Positions 1 to 9,450 of a stretch of 64,000 nt of DNA are shown here, in pieces. The stretch is taken from contig CBDCDA010000002.1 in NCBI GenBank assembly GCA_965215335.1, forward strand, positions 32,001 through 96,000, given 5' to 3'. A model generated the notes under the pieces. That model had not been told where the DNA came from, made no database searches, and saw only the letters and a list, made by a program, of their open reading frames with translations. The number at the start of each line of letters is the position of its first letter. Positions within the stretch are counted from its first letter, which is position 1. Source of the stretch: an uncultured Candidatus Entotheonella sp. Lineage in GTDB: Bacteria; Tectomicrobia; Entotheonellia; Entotheonellales; Entotheonellaceae. Position numbers and translations under genes: made by a program.

Positions 1-592
1 TGGCCTCGTCGGGCGGCCGCTCGTAGCCGGCCATGACGCCGCGATGGCTGAGCAGCAGCGCCTCGGGCAGGCTCAGGTCGGCGGCGTAGTGATCCTGCAA
101 ACAGGCCACGATGCGGTCCGCATGCCCACCGATGACCGCAAACCGTTGCCGGTCGCTGATGGAGCCGTCGAACGACACGTGATACATCTGATTGGCCGCC
201 GGCGCCTCGCCGACCTCCACCACCAGGATTTCCACTTCCAGCGGCTTCGGGTCGCGCGTAAAGACCGTGCCGACGATGTCGGAATACAGCTTGGCCAGCG
301 ATTTGGTGGTCACATCGCGGCGGCTGGAGGCATAGCCGGTAATATCGGCGTAGCGGATGCCGATTTTGCGCAAGTTCTCGAATTCGCTGTATTTGCCCAC
401 ACCGGCGAAGGCGATGCGGTCGTAAATTTCGGAGATCTTGTTCAGCGACGCACTCGGGTTTTCCGTCATCAGCAGCAAGCCGTCGGCGTACTCCATGGCC
501 ACGATCGACTTGCCCTTGGCAATACCTTTGCGGGCGTACTCGGCCTTGTCCTGCATGACCTGGTCGGGGGAGACGTAAAACGGAGCAGCCAT
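1..592 (-). CDS. prcA: 20S proteasome alpha subunit (runs off the left edge)
   Basis: Not in the ORF track. Manual translation from ATG 592: MAAPFYVSPDQVMQDKAEYARKGIAKGKS...KISEIYDRIAFAGVGKYSEFENLR...KPLEVEILVVEVG, typical bacterial PrcA; directly follows prcB. Confidence 0.93.
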   Translation of the reverse strand, partial: MAAPFYVSPDQVMQDKAEYARKGIAKGKSIVAMEYADGLLLMTENPSASLNKISEIYDRIAFAGVGKYSEFENLRKIGIRYADITGYASSRRDVTTKSLAKLYSDIVGTVFTRDPKPLEVEILVVEVGEAPAANQMYHVSFDGSISDRQRFAVIGGHADRIVACLQDHYAADLSLPEALLLSHRGVMAGYERPPDEA

Positions 593-596
593 GGGC

Positions 597-1394
597 TTAG
601 CCTTTCAGGGCGCTGAGCAGCTTCTCGCTCGCCGCGTGCAATTCCGCGTCGCTCACGTCCGCGGTGCCGTCGAGCGTGATGGTCTTGACCAGCGGATAGA
701 TGCCCCGGGCCAAATCCGGCCCGCTGGTGCCGACGTCGATGTCAGCGGCGTCCACCAAGGCTGCGAGCGCCAGGGCAATTGCCCCGGTGCGCGCCAGACC
801 GTCCTCGTACAGCTTGCGCAGGGTGCTGCGAGCCTCTTTCCCCCCGGAGCCGGTGGCGTAGAATCGGCGTTCCTCGTAGCGCCCGCCGGTCACGTCGTAC
901 TTGAAGATGCGACCCTGTTCGGCGTGGACATCGTAGCCGGCGAAAATTGGCACCACGACCAGCCCCTGAAAGGCGGCAGGGAGGTTCTGTTTGACCATCT
1001 GCGCCAAGCGATTTGCCTTGCCCTCCAACGCCAGCGGGGCGCCTTCAATTTTCTCATAATGCTCCATCTCGACCTGGAACAACTTGGCCATGTCCAGACA
1101 CGGCCCGGCTACCCCAGCCATGGCAACAACAGAGTGGTCGTCGGCGTTGTAGAGCTTTTCGATGCGCCGCGAGGACACCTCGAAGCCCTCGGTGGCCTGC
1201 CGGTCGCCCGCCATCACCACGCCATCGGCAAAGCGCAGCGCCAGGATGGTCGTGGCGAAAGGCGCCGCCTCCAGCAGCCGGGATTCGCCGGCGGGTATCT
1301 GCGGCACATGCTGCAACGGCAGCATGTGCGGAAAATCGTGCCGCAACAGATCGAAGAAGCTCGATCCCTTATAGCTGCCCGACCCCAACGACAC
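597..1394 (-). CDS. prcB: 20S proteasome beta subunit with propeptide
   Basis: TTILALRFADGVVMAGDRQAT Ntn-hydrolase start after ~47-aa propeptide; ATGSG motif; LEGKANRL; between pup and prcA. Confidence 0.95.
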   Translation of the reverse strand: MSLGSGSYKGSSFFDLLRHDFPHMLPLQHVPQIPAGESRLLEAAPFATTILALRFADGVVMAGDRQATEGFEVSSRRIEKLYNADDHSVVAMAGVAGPCLDMAKLFQVEMEHYEKIEGAPLALEGKANRLAQMVKQNLPAAFQGLVVVPIFAGYDVHAEQGRIFKYDVTGGRYEERRFYATGSGGKEARSTLRKLYEDGLARTGAIALALAALVDAADIDVGTSGPDLARGIYPLVKTITLDGTADVSDAELHAASEKLLSALKG

Positions 1395-1395
1395 C

Positions 1396-1650
1396 TTACT
1401 CTCCCCCTCGCTGCACGTAATTCTTCACGAACTCCTCGGCGTTCTCTTCAAGCACCTCGTCGATTTCGTCAATCAAGGCGTCCAGCTCGTCCTTGAGCTT
1501 GTCGCCCTTCTCCGACAGGTCGCTCGCCGGGGCCGTCGTGCCGTCCGTCTGTGCCTCACTGCGCCGGGCACCGCGTTGCTGCCCACCCTCGGCACAGGTG
1601 ACAACGTCGTACCAACCATTTGTAACTCCAGGGGTTTGTCTGACGATCAT
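1396..1650 (-). CDS. pup: Prokaryotic ubiquitin-like protein Pup, 84 aa, ends GGE
   Basis: C-terminus LDALIDEIDEVLEENAEEFVKNYVQRGGE; ATG at 1650 preceded by GGAAGGAG. Confidence 0.93.
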   Translation of the reverse strand: MIVRQTPGVTNGWYDVVTCAEGGQQRGARRSEAQTDGTTAPASDLSEKGDKLKDELDALIDEIDEVLEENAEEFVKNYVQRGGE

Positions 1651-1682
1651 GAAAACTCCTTCCAGCCCGCCTGAAAGGCGGA

Positions 1683-3170
1683 TTACGTAACGATGTTTTC
1701 TACCAGTTCCGCCGCGGTCTCCGAGCGTTCGAGCAACTGTTGTACGTGCGACTTGGTACCGCGCAGGGGTTCTTCCATCATGATGCGCTTGATAGGTCCG
1801 TCGCCGAGGTTGAACGAGATGGAGTCCCAGTTGACGCCGAAAATCTGGTGCCTGAACTTCTTCAGACACTGGCCGCGGAAATACGCCCGGGTGTCCTCTG
1901 GCGGCTCATCCACGGCCCGCGCGACCTCCGCCTCGCTGAGCATGCGGCGGGCGACGCCGTTACGCTCCAGGATGGCGTACAGGCTCTTGTCCGGGCGAAT
2001 ATCGTGGTATTGCAGGTCCATCATGGCGATGCGCGGATCGTCCCAATCACTGCCGCGGCGTTCGATGTAATTGCGCAACAGGTGCATTTTCATCACCCAG
2101 TCGATTTCGCGGTGCAGGTCCATCGGGTCAGCCGCCAAGCGGTCGAGCACGTGGCCCCACTCGCGCACCACGCCGGGATAGGTAGGGTGGCAATCCGGGT
2201 GTGTTTCGACATATCGTTGTGCCACCTCCCAGAAACAGCGCTGGATGTCGATGGCCGTCATCGTGGTACCGTTGCGCATCGGCAGGTCGAGCTTGCAGGT
2301 GAGGTCGTGCGACACGTCGCGCAGCGCCCGCACCGGGTTGCGCAGGGCCAAGGGCGCCAGCAGGAAACCCTCCTCGATCATCTCCAGCACCAGGAGCGTC
2401 GTGCCCACCTTCAGGTAGGTGGTGTATTCGGACATGTTGGCATCGCCGATGATCACGTGCAGGCGGCGATAGCGGTCGCGGTTGGCGTGGGGTTCGTCGC
2501 GGGTGTTGATGATGGGGCGCCTCACCATCGTGTCGAGGCCCATTTCGGTTTCAAAGAAATCCGCCCGCTGCGAGATCTGGTAGGGCACCGGCTCGGCACC
2601 GTTTTCCGAACCGACCTTGCCGGCGCCGCTGTAGATCTGGCGCGTCACCAGGAACGGCATCAGGTGTTCTGCCAGCACCTGGAAGGGCGTGCGGCGGTCC
2701 AGAAGGTAGTTCTCGTGGTAGCCGTAGCTGCTGCCTTTGCGATCGCTGTTGTTCTTGTAGACGATGATCGTGTGGCCGTTCGGAATGAGTTGATTGGCCC
2801 CCACGCAACTGCGGTTCAGGATGCGCTCCCCGGCCTTCTCGTAGCACAACAGGTCGAAGACGTTCGAGCACTCCGGCGTCGAGTACTCCGGGTGCGCGTG
2901 ATCCACGTAAAACCGCGCGCCGTTGTTCAGGATTTTGTTCAACGCCACGTTGTCCTGCTGGTCGGGGACCTCGCACGTCTCATCGTGTTCAAAGCCGCGC
3001 GCGTCGACCAGCGGCTCTTCCTGATCGTAATCCCACAGCAGCCTCAGCGACTGGTCGGCGTTGTAGCTGTTAACCAGCAACAATGACGTGGCGATCGAAT
3101 CGAAATCCTGGTCGTTCTGCACGGTAAGCCCGAATTCCGTTTCCGACCCGACGATCTTGGGGAGTGCCAT
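1683..3170 (-). CDS. dop: Pup deamidase/depupylase Dop
   Basis: GSETEFG, NGARFYVDHAHPEYSTPE (Dop-type, whereas PafA has LDVGSHPEY), RPIINTRDEPHA, RRLHVIIGDAN; immediately upstream of pup. Confidence 0.9.
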   Translation of the reverse strand: MALPKIVGSETEFGLTVQNDQDFDSIATSLLLVNSYNADQSLRLLWDYDQEEPLVDARGFEHDETCEVPDQQDNVALNKILNNGARFYVDHAHPEYSTPECSNVFDLLCYEKAGERILNRSCVGANQLIPNGHTIIVYKNNSDRKGSSYGYHENYLLDRRTPFQVLAEHLMPFLVTRQIYSGAGKVGSENGAEPVPYQISQRADFFETEMGLDTMVRRPIINTRDEPHANRDRYRRLHVIIGDANMSEYTTYLKVGTTLLVLEMIEEGFLLAPLALRNPVRALRDVSHDLTCKLDLPMRNGTTMTAIDIQRCFWEVAQRYVETHPDCHPTYPGVVREWGHVLDRLAADPMDLHREIDWVMKMHLLRNYIERRGSDWDDPRIAMMDLQYHDIRPDKSLYAILERNGVARRMLSEAEVARAVDEPPEDTRAYFRGQCLKKFRHQIFGVNWDSISFNLGDGPIKRIMMEEPLRGTKSHVQQLLERSETAAELVENIVT

Positions 3171-3196
3171 GACGCCTCCACGATGCTTGTTCAGCC

Positions 3197-5023
3197 TCAG
3201 AGATATTGACCCGGCGTGATGTCCTCGACCGGCTGCGTACGCGGCGACGTCGAGCCGATCAAAGTCCGGATGTTGACGATCCTTTCACCCTTGGTGCCGG
3301 AGATGCGCGCCCAATCGTCGGGGTTCGTCGTGTTGGGGAGATCCTCGTTTTCCTTGAATTCCCCCTTGACGGCCTCGATCAGGTCCTCGGTCTTGATCCC
3401 CCTCCCCTGCGTCGCCAAGTGGCGCTTGAGGGCCGTCTTCTTGGCCCGCGCGACGATGTTCTCGATCATGGCACCGCTGGCAAAATCCTTGAAGTAGAAC
3501 ACCTCGCGGTCACCCTTGGCGTACGTCACTTCCAGGAAGCGGTTCTCGTCGCGAGTGCTGTACATGTACTCGCAAGCCTGCTCGATGAGCCACGCCACCG
3601 TCGCCTCCCGGTCGCCGTTCCACTGCCGCGTCACGTCTTCGTGCAACGGCAGGTCGGGTGCCAGGTATTTGGAGAAGATGTCCCTGGCAGCGGCCTTGGC
3701 GGGTCGGTCGACCTTGATCTTGATGTCCAGCCTGCCGGGTCGCAGGACCGCCGGATCGATCAAATCCTGTCGGTTGCTGGCTCCGACAATGATGACGTTT
3801 TCCAGCGATTCCAAACCGTCGAGCTCGGATAGAAACTGCGCCACCACGGTGATTTCCACGTCGGACGAAATGCCCGAGCCGCGCACTCGGAACAGGGCGT
3901 CCATTTCGTCAAAAAACACGATGACCGGGGTTGTTTCGTTGGCCTTTTCGCGCGCCTTCTTGAACACCTCGCGGATTTTGGATTCGGTCTCGCCGACGTA
4001 CTTGTTGAGCAGCTCCGGGCCCTTGATGTTGAGGAAGTAACTGCGCGCCTCGACACCGGTGCGCTCAGACAGCTTCTGCGCCAAGCTATTGGCCACGGCC
4101 TTGGCGATCAACGTCTTGCCGCAACCGGGTGGACCGTACAGCAGCACACCCTTCGGCGGCCGCAGGCGGTGCTCACGAAATTCCTCGGGGTACAAATACG
4201 GCAACTCGATACCGTCACGCAGTTCGCCGATCTGAGCGTCGAGGCCACCGATATCACCGTAGGATACGTCCGGCACTTCTTCGAGGATGACCTCCTCAAC
4301 CTGTGACTTGGGCAGCTTTTCCAGCACGTAGCTGGAGCGAGGCTCCAGAAGCAGATTGTCCCCCACATCCAGATGCACGTCGCGCATGTGCTCGGTCAGC
4401 ATGACCACCCGCTCTTCGTCTGCACGTCCAACCACCAGTGCGCGGCTGTCATCGAGGCGGTCCAGCAGGCGCACCACCTCGCCGCGGTTTTCATACTCGC
4501 TCACTTCAATGATGTTCAGGGATTCGTTCAGAACGAGGAGTTGACCGGGGGAAAAGTCGCAGAATTCCAGCTTGGGGTGAATGTTGACGCGCAGGTGCCG
4601 GCCGTCGAGGTCCAGGTCGATGGTGCCATCCTTGTTGCGCTGCCGGAAGACGCCGTAGCTGTTCGGCGGCATGCAAAGCTTTTCCACCTCTTTCTTCAGG
4701 GTGCCGATGTTCTTCTTCGCCTCCCGAAGCGTGTGCACCAGCTTCTCGTTCTGCCGCCTGCCCTGCCCCAACTGCTCGACGACCTGATGGTATCTGCGCT
4801 TGAGCGCTTCGTAATGACCAAGCGTCTTCTCGAGATGACGCTCGACGTGCTCGGAATTGTGCTCGACGTGCCGAATCTTCTCTCGCAAGTCCTTGATCTC
4901 GATCTCGTATTGGATGAGTTTGCCCCGAACGGAAGCTTGTGAGCGAAGCGTGTCGATGGAGAACCTACGCACCGTGTCGCGAATGGATTTCTTTCCTCCT
5001 GTCTTGCCCGGGAAGTCTTCCAT
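3197..5023 (-). CDS. arc: Proteasome-associated AAA ATPase ARC/Mpa
   Basis: N-terminal coiled coil, GPPGCGKT, FFDEMD, RPGRLD, EDLPNTTNPDDWARISG, C-terminal GQYL; AGGAGG upstream of ATG 5023. Confidence 0.95.
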   Translation of the reverse strand: MEDFPGKTGGKKSIRDTVRRFSIDTLRSQASVRGKLIQYEIEIKDLREKIRHVEHNSEHVERHLEKTLGHYEALKRRYHQVVEQLGQGRRQNEKLVHTLREAKKNIGTLKKEVEKLCMPPNSYGVFRQRNKDGTIDLDLDGRHLRVNIHPKLEFCDFSPGQLLVLNESLNIIEVSEYENRGEVVRLLDRLDDSRALVVGRADEERVVMLTEHMRDVHLDVGDNLLLEPRSSYVLEKLPKSQVEEVILEEVPDVSYGDIGGLDAQIGELRDGIELPYLYPEEFREHRLRPPKGVLLYGPPGCGKTLIAKAVANSLAQKLSERTGVEARSYFLNIKGPELLNKYVGETESKIREVFKKAREKANETTPVIVFFDEMDALFRVRGSGISSDVEITVVAQFLSELDGLESLENVIIVGASNRQDLIDPAVLRPGRLDIKIKVDRPAKAAARDIFSKYLAPDLPLHEDVTRQWNGDREATVAWLIEQACEYMYSTRDENRFLEVTYAKGDREVFYFKDFASGAMIENIVARAKKTALKRHLATQGRGIKTEDLIEAVKGEFKENEDLPNTTNPDDWARISGTKGERIVNIRTLIGSTSPRTQPVEDITPGQYL

Positions 5024-5094
5024 GGAAACCTTCCTCCTTCTCCCATTCAAGCAGCGCTCGGGCAAATCCTTCCACCCTTCCATGTGGGGCGTCC

Positions 5095-5124
5095 AGCGTA
5101 ACATACTTCCCGAAAGAGTGTCAA
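5095..5124 (-). promoter_or_regulatory. Putative sigma70-type promoter of the arc-dop-pup-prcBA operon
   Basis: Minus strand TTGACA-N18-TACGCT with a TGn extended -10. Confidence 0.55.
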
Positions 5125-5378
5125 GCCTCCAGCTTCTTGTAATATATTGAATCTCTTGAATTTATTGACACGTCGCCCGCTCCTCGACGCGCCGCGAGAT
5201 ACTGCAGCAATTTCCACGGGATGCACGGAGCACCACGCCCGGCGGGGCGATGGGTCCTGCTTGACAAAGCCCGACGCAGCGAAGGATGATTATAGAACTT
5301 AACTCGGTTGGTGCGTGATGCATTCCGAACCACGGCCAGGCGCTTCGAATGGCCGCCGTCCGCTGTCTATGGCGCGTC

Positions 5379-6167
5379 ATGAACAGCTTGTTTTTCCATG
5401 TCGTCCTCCTTGCATACCTGTTGGCTTCGCTCACCTTCTGGTTTCATCTCGGACTTCGCCGGCGCTGGATATACCAGCTTGCCAGCGGGCTGCTGGTGGC
5501 GGGCTTTGTCCTGCAAACCGCCTTGTTGGGCTACCGTCTGTGGACGCAGACGTTCCTTGCCTGGGATGATGTCTACGCTTACCTGGGGCTGCTTTCCTGG
5601 GCGATTGTCGCCGTTTACCTGATCACCGTGTGGCGCTATCCCATCGATGCGCTGGGCGCCTTCATTGTCCCGTTGGCGTTCCTCGCCGCAGCGGTGTCGG
5701 GGGTGCCCGGAATTAGTCCCGCGACGCTGCCCACGGCGTTCCGCAACCTGTGGTTGGGACTTCATGTCTCTATGGCCCTGCTCGGCTACGCGGCGCTGAC
5801 CCTGATGTTTTGCGTCGGTGTAATGTACCTCATGCAGGAAAAACAGCTGAAGTCGAAACGCCCCGGCACCCTGTACCACCGCCTGCCGTCGCTCTCACTG
5901 CTGGATGACCTGAACGGGCGGGCGCTGATCATGGGATTTCCGCTGCTGACCCAAGGCATTGTCACCGGCTCGGTGTGGGCCAAGTATCTGCATGGTTCCT
6001 ATCTGCACTGGAGCCTCACGTCGCTGCCCCTGCTGCTCGCCTGGATGATGTACGCGCTGCTGCTGGCGGGCCGCTTCGCGCTGGGATGGCGGGGCAAGAA
6101 AGCCGCGTTTGCCGCGGTGGGAGGATTTGTCGTGGTGCTCGTCTCCTATTTCGTTCACGCCCTGTGA
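5379..6167 (+). CDS. ccsA: Cytochrome c assembly protein, CcsA/HemX family
   Basis: Multi-TM protein with LHV, YLMQEKQLKSK, LPSL..LD, GSVWA and GWRGKK; precedes hemA. Confidence 0.8.
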   Translation: MNSLFFHVVLLAYLLASLTFWFHLGLRRRWIYQLASGLLVAGFVLQTALLGYRLWTQTFLAWDDVYAYLGLLSWAIVAVYLITVWRYPIDALGAFIVPLAFLAAAVSGVPGISPATLPTAFRNLWLGLHVSMALLGYAALTLMFCVGVMYLMQEKQLKSKRPGTLYHRLPSLSLLDDLNGRALIMGFPLLTQGIVTGSVWAKYLHGSYLHWSLTSLPLLLAWMMYALLLAGRFALGWRGKKAAFAAVGGFVVVLVSYFVHAL

Positions 6168-6196
6168 AGAGAGACGGCTGAGGAGGGTTGCGAAGC

Positions 6197-7465
6197 ATGG
6201 CGATTGCCTTGGTTGGTCTCAACCACACGACCGCGCCGGTGGCCGTTCGGGAGCGCCTGGCGTTTTCCGACGCCGCGCTGGCCGACGCCCTGACGACGTT
6301 CCGGGCACCGGCGGTCGAGGAATTGGTCATCCTGTCGACCTGCAACCGGGTCGAGTTTTACATGCAGGGCCGCGACGTGGCGGCTTGCAACTCGGGCTGC
6401 GAGCGTTTCCTGGCCGCCTATCATGCCATGGCCCGTGAAGATTTTGCCCCCTGCCTCTACTATCTGAGCGAACTGGAGGCGGTGCGGCATTTGTTTCGCG
6501 TCGCCGCCAGCCTGGATTCCATGGTTCTCGGCGAGCCGCAAATCCTCGGCCAGGTGAAATCCGCCTACTACGCCGCCCGCGATGCCGGCAGAACCGGTGC
6601 CATCTTCCACCACCTCTTCGAACGCGCCTTCAACGTCGCCAAGACCGCCCGCAGCGAAACGGGCATCAGCGACCACGCCGTGTCCGTCAGCTACGCCGCG
6701 GTGCAGTTGGCGAAGAAAATCTTCGAGAACTTGCGGCGCCATACCGTCATGGTTCTCGGCGCCGGTGAGACCTCGGAACTGGCCGCGCGCCACTTCGTCC
6801 GGCAGGGGGTGGGCGAGGTCTTCGTGGCCAACCGCACGATGGCACGCGCCGAAAAACTGGCGCAGAGTCTTTCCGCCAAGGCTATCCCTTGGGACGACTT
6901 CCCTGAACACCTGGCGCAAACCGCCATCGTCGTTAGTTCCACCGGCGCCCCGAACCTCATCATCACGCCCGGCATGGTGCAGGAAGCCATGCGGACGCGG
7001 CGTGGACGCCCCATGTTCTTCATCGACATTGCCGTACCGCGCGACGTCGACCCAGCGGTCAACGCGCTGGAAAACGTTTTTCTCTACGACATCGACGGCC
7101 TGGAAAACGTGGTGGCGGCGAACCGCCACGAACGCCAGCAGGAAGCCCTGGCGGCCGAGGACCTGGTCTGGCGGGAAGTACGTCACTTCCGGCAATGGCT
7201 CGCCACCCGCGACGTGGTGCCGACCATCGTGGCGCTGCGGCAACAGGCCGAGGCCACGCGGCTGCGCGAGCTGGGTAAGGCCCTTGCCAAGCTGGGACCG
7301 CATGACGAGCGGCAGCGCCGTGCGATCGAGGCCCTGACGGTGGCGATTACCAACAAATTCCTGCACGCCCCGACAGTGCACCTGAAACGCTGCGCCAGCG
7401 CCGGACAGGCGCAGAACGAGGCACAACTCATCCGCGATCTCTTCGATCTGGACTCCTCGCCGTGA
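6197..7465 (+). CDS. hemA: Glutamyl-tRNA reductase
   Basis: GLNHTTAPVAVRE, LSTCNRVEFY, SLDSMVLGEPQILGQVK, GAGE, DIAVPRD. Confidence 0.97.
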   Translation: MAIALVGLNHTTAPVAVRERLAFSDAALADALTTFRAPAVEELVILSTCNRVEFYMQGRDVAACNSGCERFLAAYHAMAREDFAPCLYYLSELEAVRHLFRVAASLDSMVLGEPQILGQVKSAYYAARDAGRTGAIFHHLFERAFNVAKTARSETGISDHAVSVSYAAVQLAKKIFENLRRHTVMVLGAGETSELAARHFVRQGVGEVFVANRTMARAEKLAQSLSAKAIPWDDFPEHLAQTAIVVSSTGAPNLIITPGMVQEAMRTRRGRPMFFIDIAVPRDVDPAVNALENVFLYDIDGLENVVAANRHERQQEALAAEDLVWREVRHFRQWLATRDVVPTIVALRQQAEATRLRELGKALAKLGPHDERQRRAIEALTVAITNKFLHAPTVHLKRCASAGQAQNEAQLIRDLFDLDSSP

Positions 7466-8385
7466 CCTCCCCAAAACCCCGCGTCCGTATCGGAACCCGC
7501 GGCAGTCCGCTGGCTCTCTGGCAAGCGCGTTGGGTGGCGACGGCACTGCAGCTGCACCACGCCGGATTGCAAACCGAAATCGTCGTCATCAGAACGGCTG
7601 GCGACCGCAATCGCCACGACCCCTTGCCACAGATCGGCGGCAAGGGGCTGTTCGTCAAGGATATCGAAGAGGCGCTGCTGCGGGGCGAGATCGAGGTGGC
7701 GGTACACAGCATGAAGGACATGCCAACGGACCTGCCGCATGGGCTGCACGTCGGGGCCGTGCCGCCGCGCGCCGAGGTACGGGACGCCTTTGTCGGCAAG
7801 GACGGCCGGCGGCTGACCCAAATCGCCGGTCCGTGGCGCATCGGCACCGGCAGCCTGCGGCGCCAGGCCCAGTTGCGGGCCTTCTCCGACGCGCTGCAGG
7901 TCTGCGATCTGCGCGGCAATGTTGATACCCGATTGCGCAAACTGCGCCAGGGTGATGTCGAGGGCGTGGTACTGGCGGCCGCGGGTCTGGACCGCTTGGG
8001 ATTGGCATCGGAAATCACCGAACTGCTGCCCATCGATATGATGCTGCCGGCCGCAGGCCAAGGCGCGTTGGCACTGGAAACGGCAGCCGGGCATTGGGTG
8101 GACGACCTGCTGGCACCGTTGAACGATTCCGCCACGGCCAGCGCCGTGGCCGCCGAGCGCGCCGTGCTCCAGCACCTGGGCGGCGGTTGCAGCGTGCCCA
8201 TTGCGGTGCTCGGCCGGTGCCACGACGAGCGCTTGCGTGTGCAAGCCTTGGTCAGCAGCCCCGACGGCCGTCGCGCGCTGCGCCAGGAGATCAGCGGCCC
8301 GCTCGACCAGGCCGTGCCGCTCGGCGAACACCTGGCCGGGCAATTGCACGCCGCCGGCGCCGGTGGCATTCTGCAAGCGCTTTAA
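7462..8385 (+). CDS. hemC: Hydroxymethylbilane synthase
   Basis: IGTRGSPLALWQA, GGKGLFVK, AVHSMKD, LRGNVDTRL, GGGCSVPI. Confidence 0.97.
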   Translation: MTSPKPRVRIGTRGSPLALWQARWVATALQLHHAGLQTEIVVIRTAGDRNRHDPLPQIGGKGLFVKDIEEALLRGEIEVAVHSMKDMPTDLPHGLHVGAVPPRAEVRDAFVGKDGRRLTQIAGPWRIGTGSLRRQAQLRAFSDALQVCDLRGNVDTRLRKLRQGDVEGVVLAAAGLDRLGLASEITELLPIDMMLPAAGQGALALETAAGHWVDDLLAPLNDSATASAVAAERAVLQHLGGGCSVPIAVLGRCHDERLRVQALVSSPDGRRALRQEISGPLDQAVPLGEHLAGQLHAAGAGGILQAL

Positions 8386-8441
8386 CCCGGAATCCATGCG
8401 GCTATTGTTCTGAATACTCTCATAAAGAAGGAAGACCGACT

Positions 8442-9425
8442 ATGCGTTTCCCGGCCTACCGGGCGCGTCGGCTGCGCGAGCGGCAAGGGTGGCGCCGTTT
8501 GGTGCAGGAAACGACGTTGAGCCCGAGCGATTTCATCTACCCCATGTTCGTCACCCCGGGCAGCCGGGTGCGTCAGGGGATTTCCTCGCTGCCCGGCCAG
8601 TCTCACCTGTCCGCCGACATGGCCGCCGAAGAGGCCCGAAACGTTGCGGACCACGGCATCCCCGCGGTGCTGCTCTTCGGTCTGCCCGAGAGCAAGGACG
8701 CCATTGGCAGCGAGGCATACAGCAACGCGGGCGCGGTGCAGCAGGCGATTCGGGCCATCAAGCAAGCCGTGCCCGGCTTGCTGGTGATCACCGACGTGTG
8801 CCTGTGCGAATATACCGACCACGGCCATTGTGGCGTTGTGGAAGGCGAACACGTCACCAACGACGCCACCCTGGACCTGCTCTGCCGCACTGCGCTTTCG
8901 CACGTCGAAGCCGGCGCCGACATGGTGGCGCCGTCCGACATGATGGACGGCCGGGTGCAGGCCATCCGCGCCGGCCTCGACGACAAGGGCTATGCGCAAA
9001 TCCCCGTCATGGCCTACGCCGCCAAGTACGCCTCGACCTTTTACGGCCCCTTCCGGGAGGCCGTGCAGTCGGCGCCGCAGTTCGGCGACCGGCGTTCCTA
9101 TCAGATGGCCCCATCCAACGCCCGCGAGGCGCTGCGGGAAGTGCGGCTCGACATCGAGGAAGGCGCCGATATCGTCATGATCAAGCCGGCCCTGCCCTAC
9201 CTCGACGTCATCACGCGGGTCCGGCAGGCCACGGACGTCCCCTTGGCGGCCTACAACGTCAGCGGCGAATACGCCATGGTCAAGGCGGCGGCGGCCAATG
9301 GCTGGCTGGACGAGCCGCGCGCCATCATCGAGGCGCTGACCAGCATCAAGCGCGCCGGGGCCGACATGATCCTCACCTACCACGCCAAGGAAGCGGCTCG
9401 TCTGCTGCCCACCCTGGACTGGTAA
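8442..9425 (+). CDS. hemB: Porphobilinogen synthase (Zn-type)
   Basis: MRFPAYRARRLR, DVCLCEYTDHGHCG, APSDMMDGRV, MIKPALPYLD, AYNVSGEY. Confidence 0.97.
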   Translation: MRFPAYRARRLRERQGWRRLVQETTLSPSDFIYPMFVTPGSRVRQGISSLPGQSHLSADMAAEEARNVADHGIPAVLLFGLPESKDAIGSEAYSNAGAVQQAIRAIKQAVPGLLVITDVCLCEYTDHGHCGVVEGEHVTNDATLDLLCRTALSHVEAGADMVAPSDMMDGRVQAIRAGLDDKGYAQIPVMAYAAKYASTFYGPFREAVQSAPQFGDRRSYQMAPSNAREALREVRLDIEEGADIVMIKPALPYLDVITRVRQATDVPLAAYNVSGEYAMVKAAAANGWLDEPRAIIEALTSIKRAGADMILTYHAKEAARLLPTLDW

Positions 9426-9450
9426 CCGCTGGCCAGCCGGAAGACGACGG

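Noticed and set aside
1396..1869. 157-aa Pup as given in the ORF track, or a UBact assignment
   Set aside because: The upstream part overlaps dop and the RBS supports ATG 1650; the C-terminus EEFVKNYVQRGGE is Pup-type.
3197..5104. Unusually extended ARC ATPase
   Set aside because: With the RBS-supported start at 5023 it is 608 aa, an ordinary size for Mpa/ARC.
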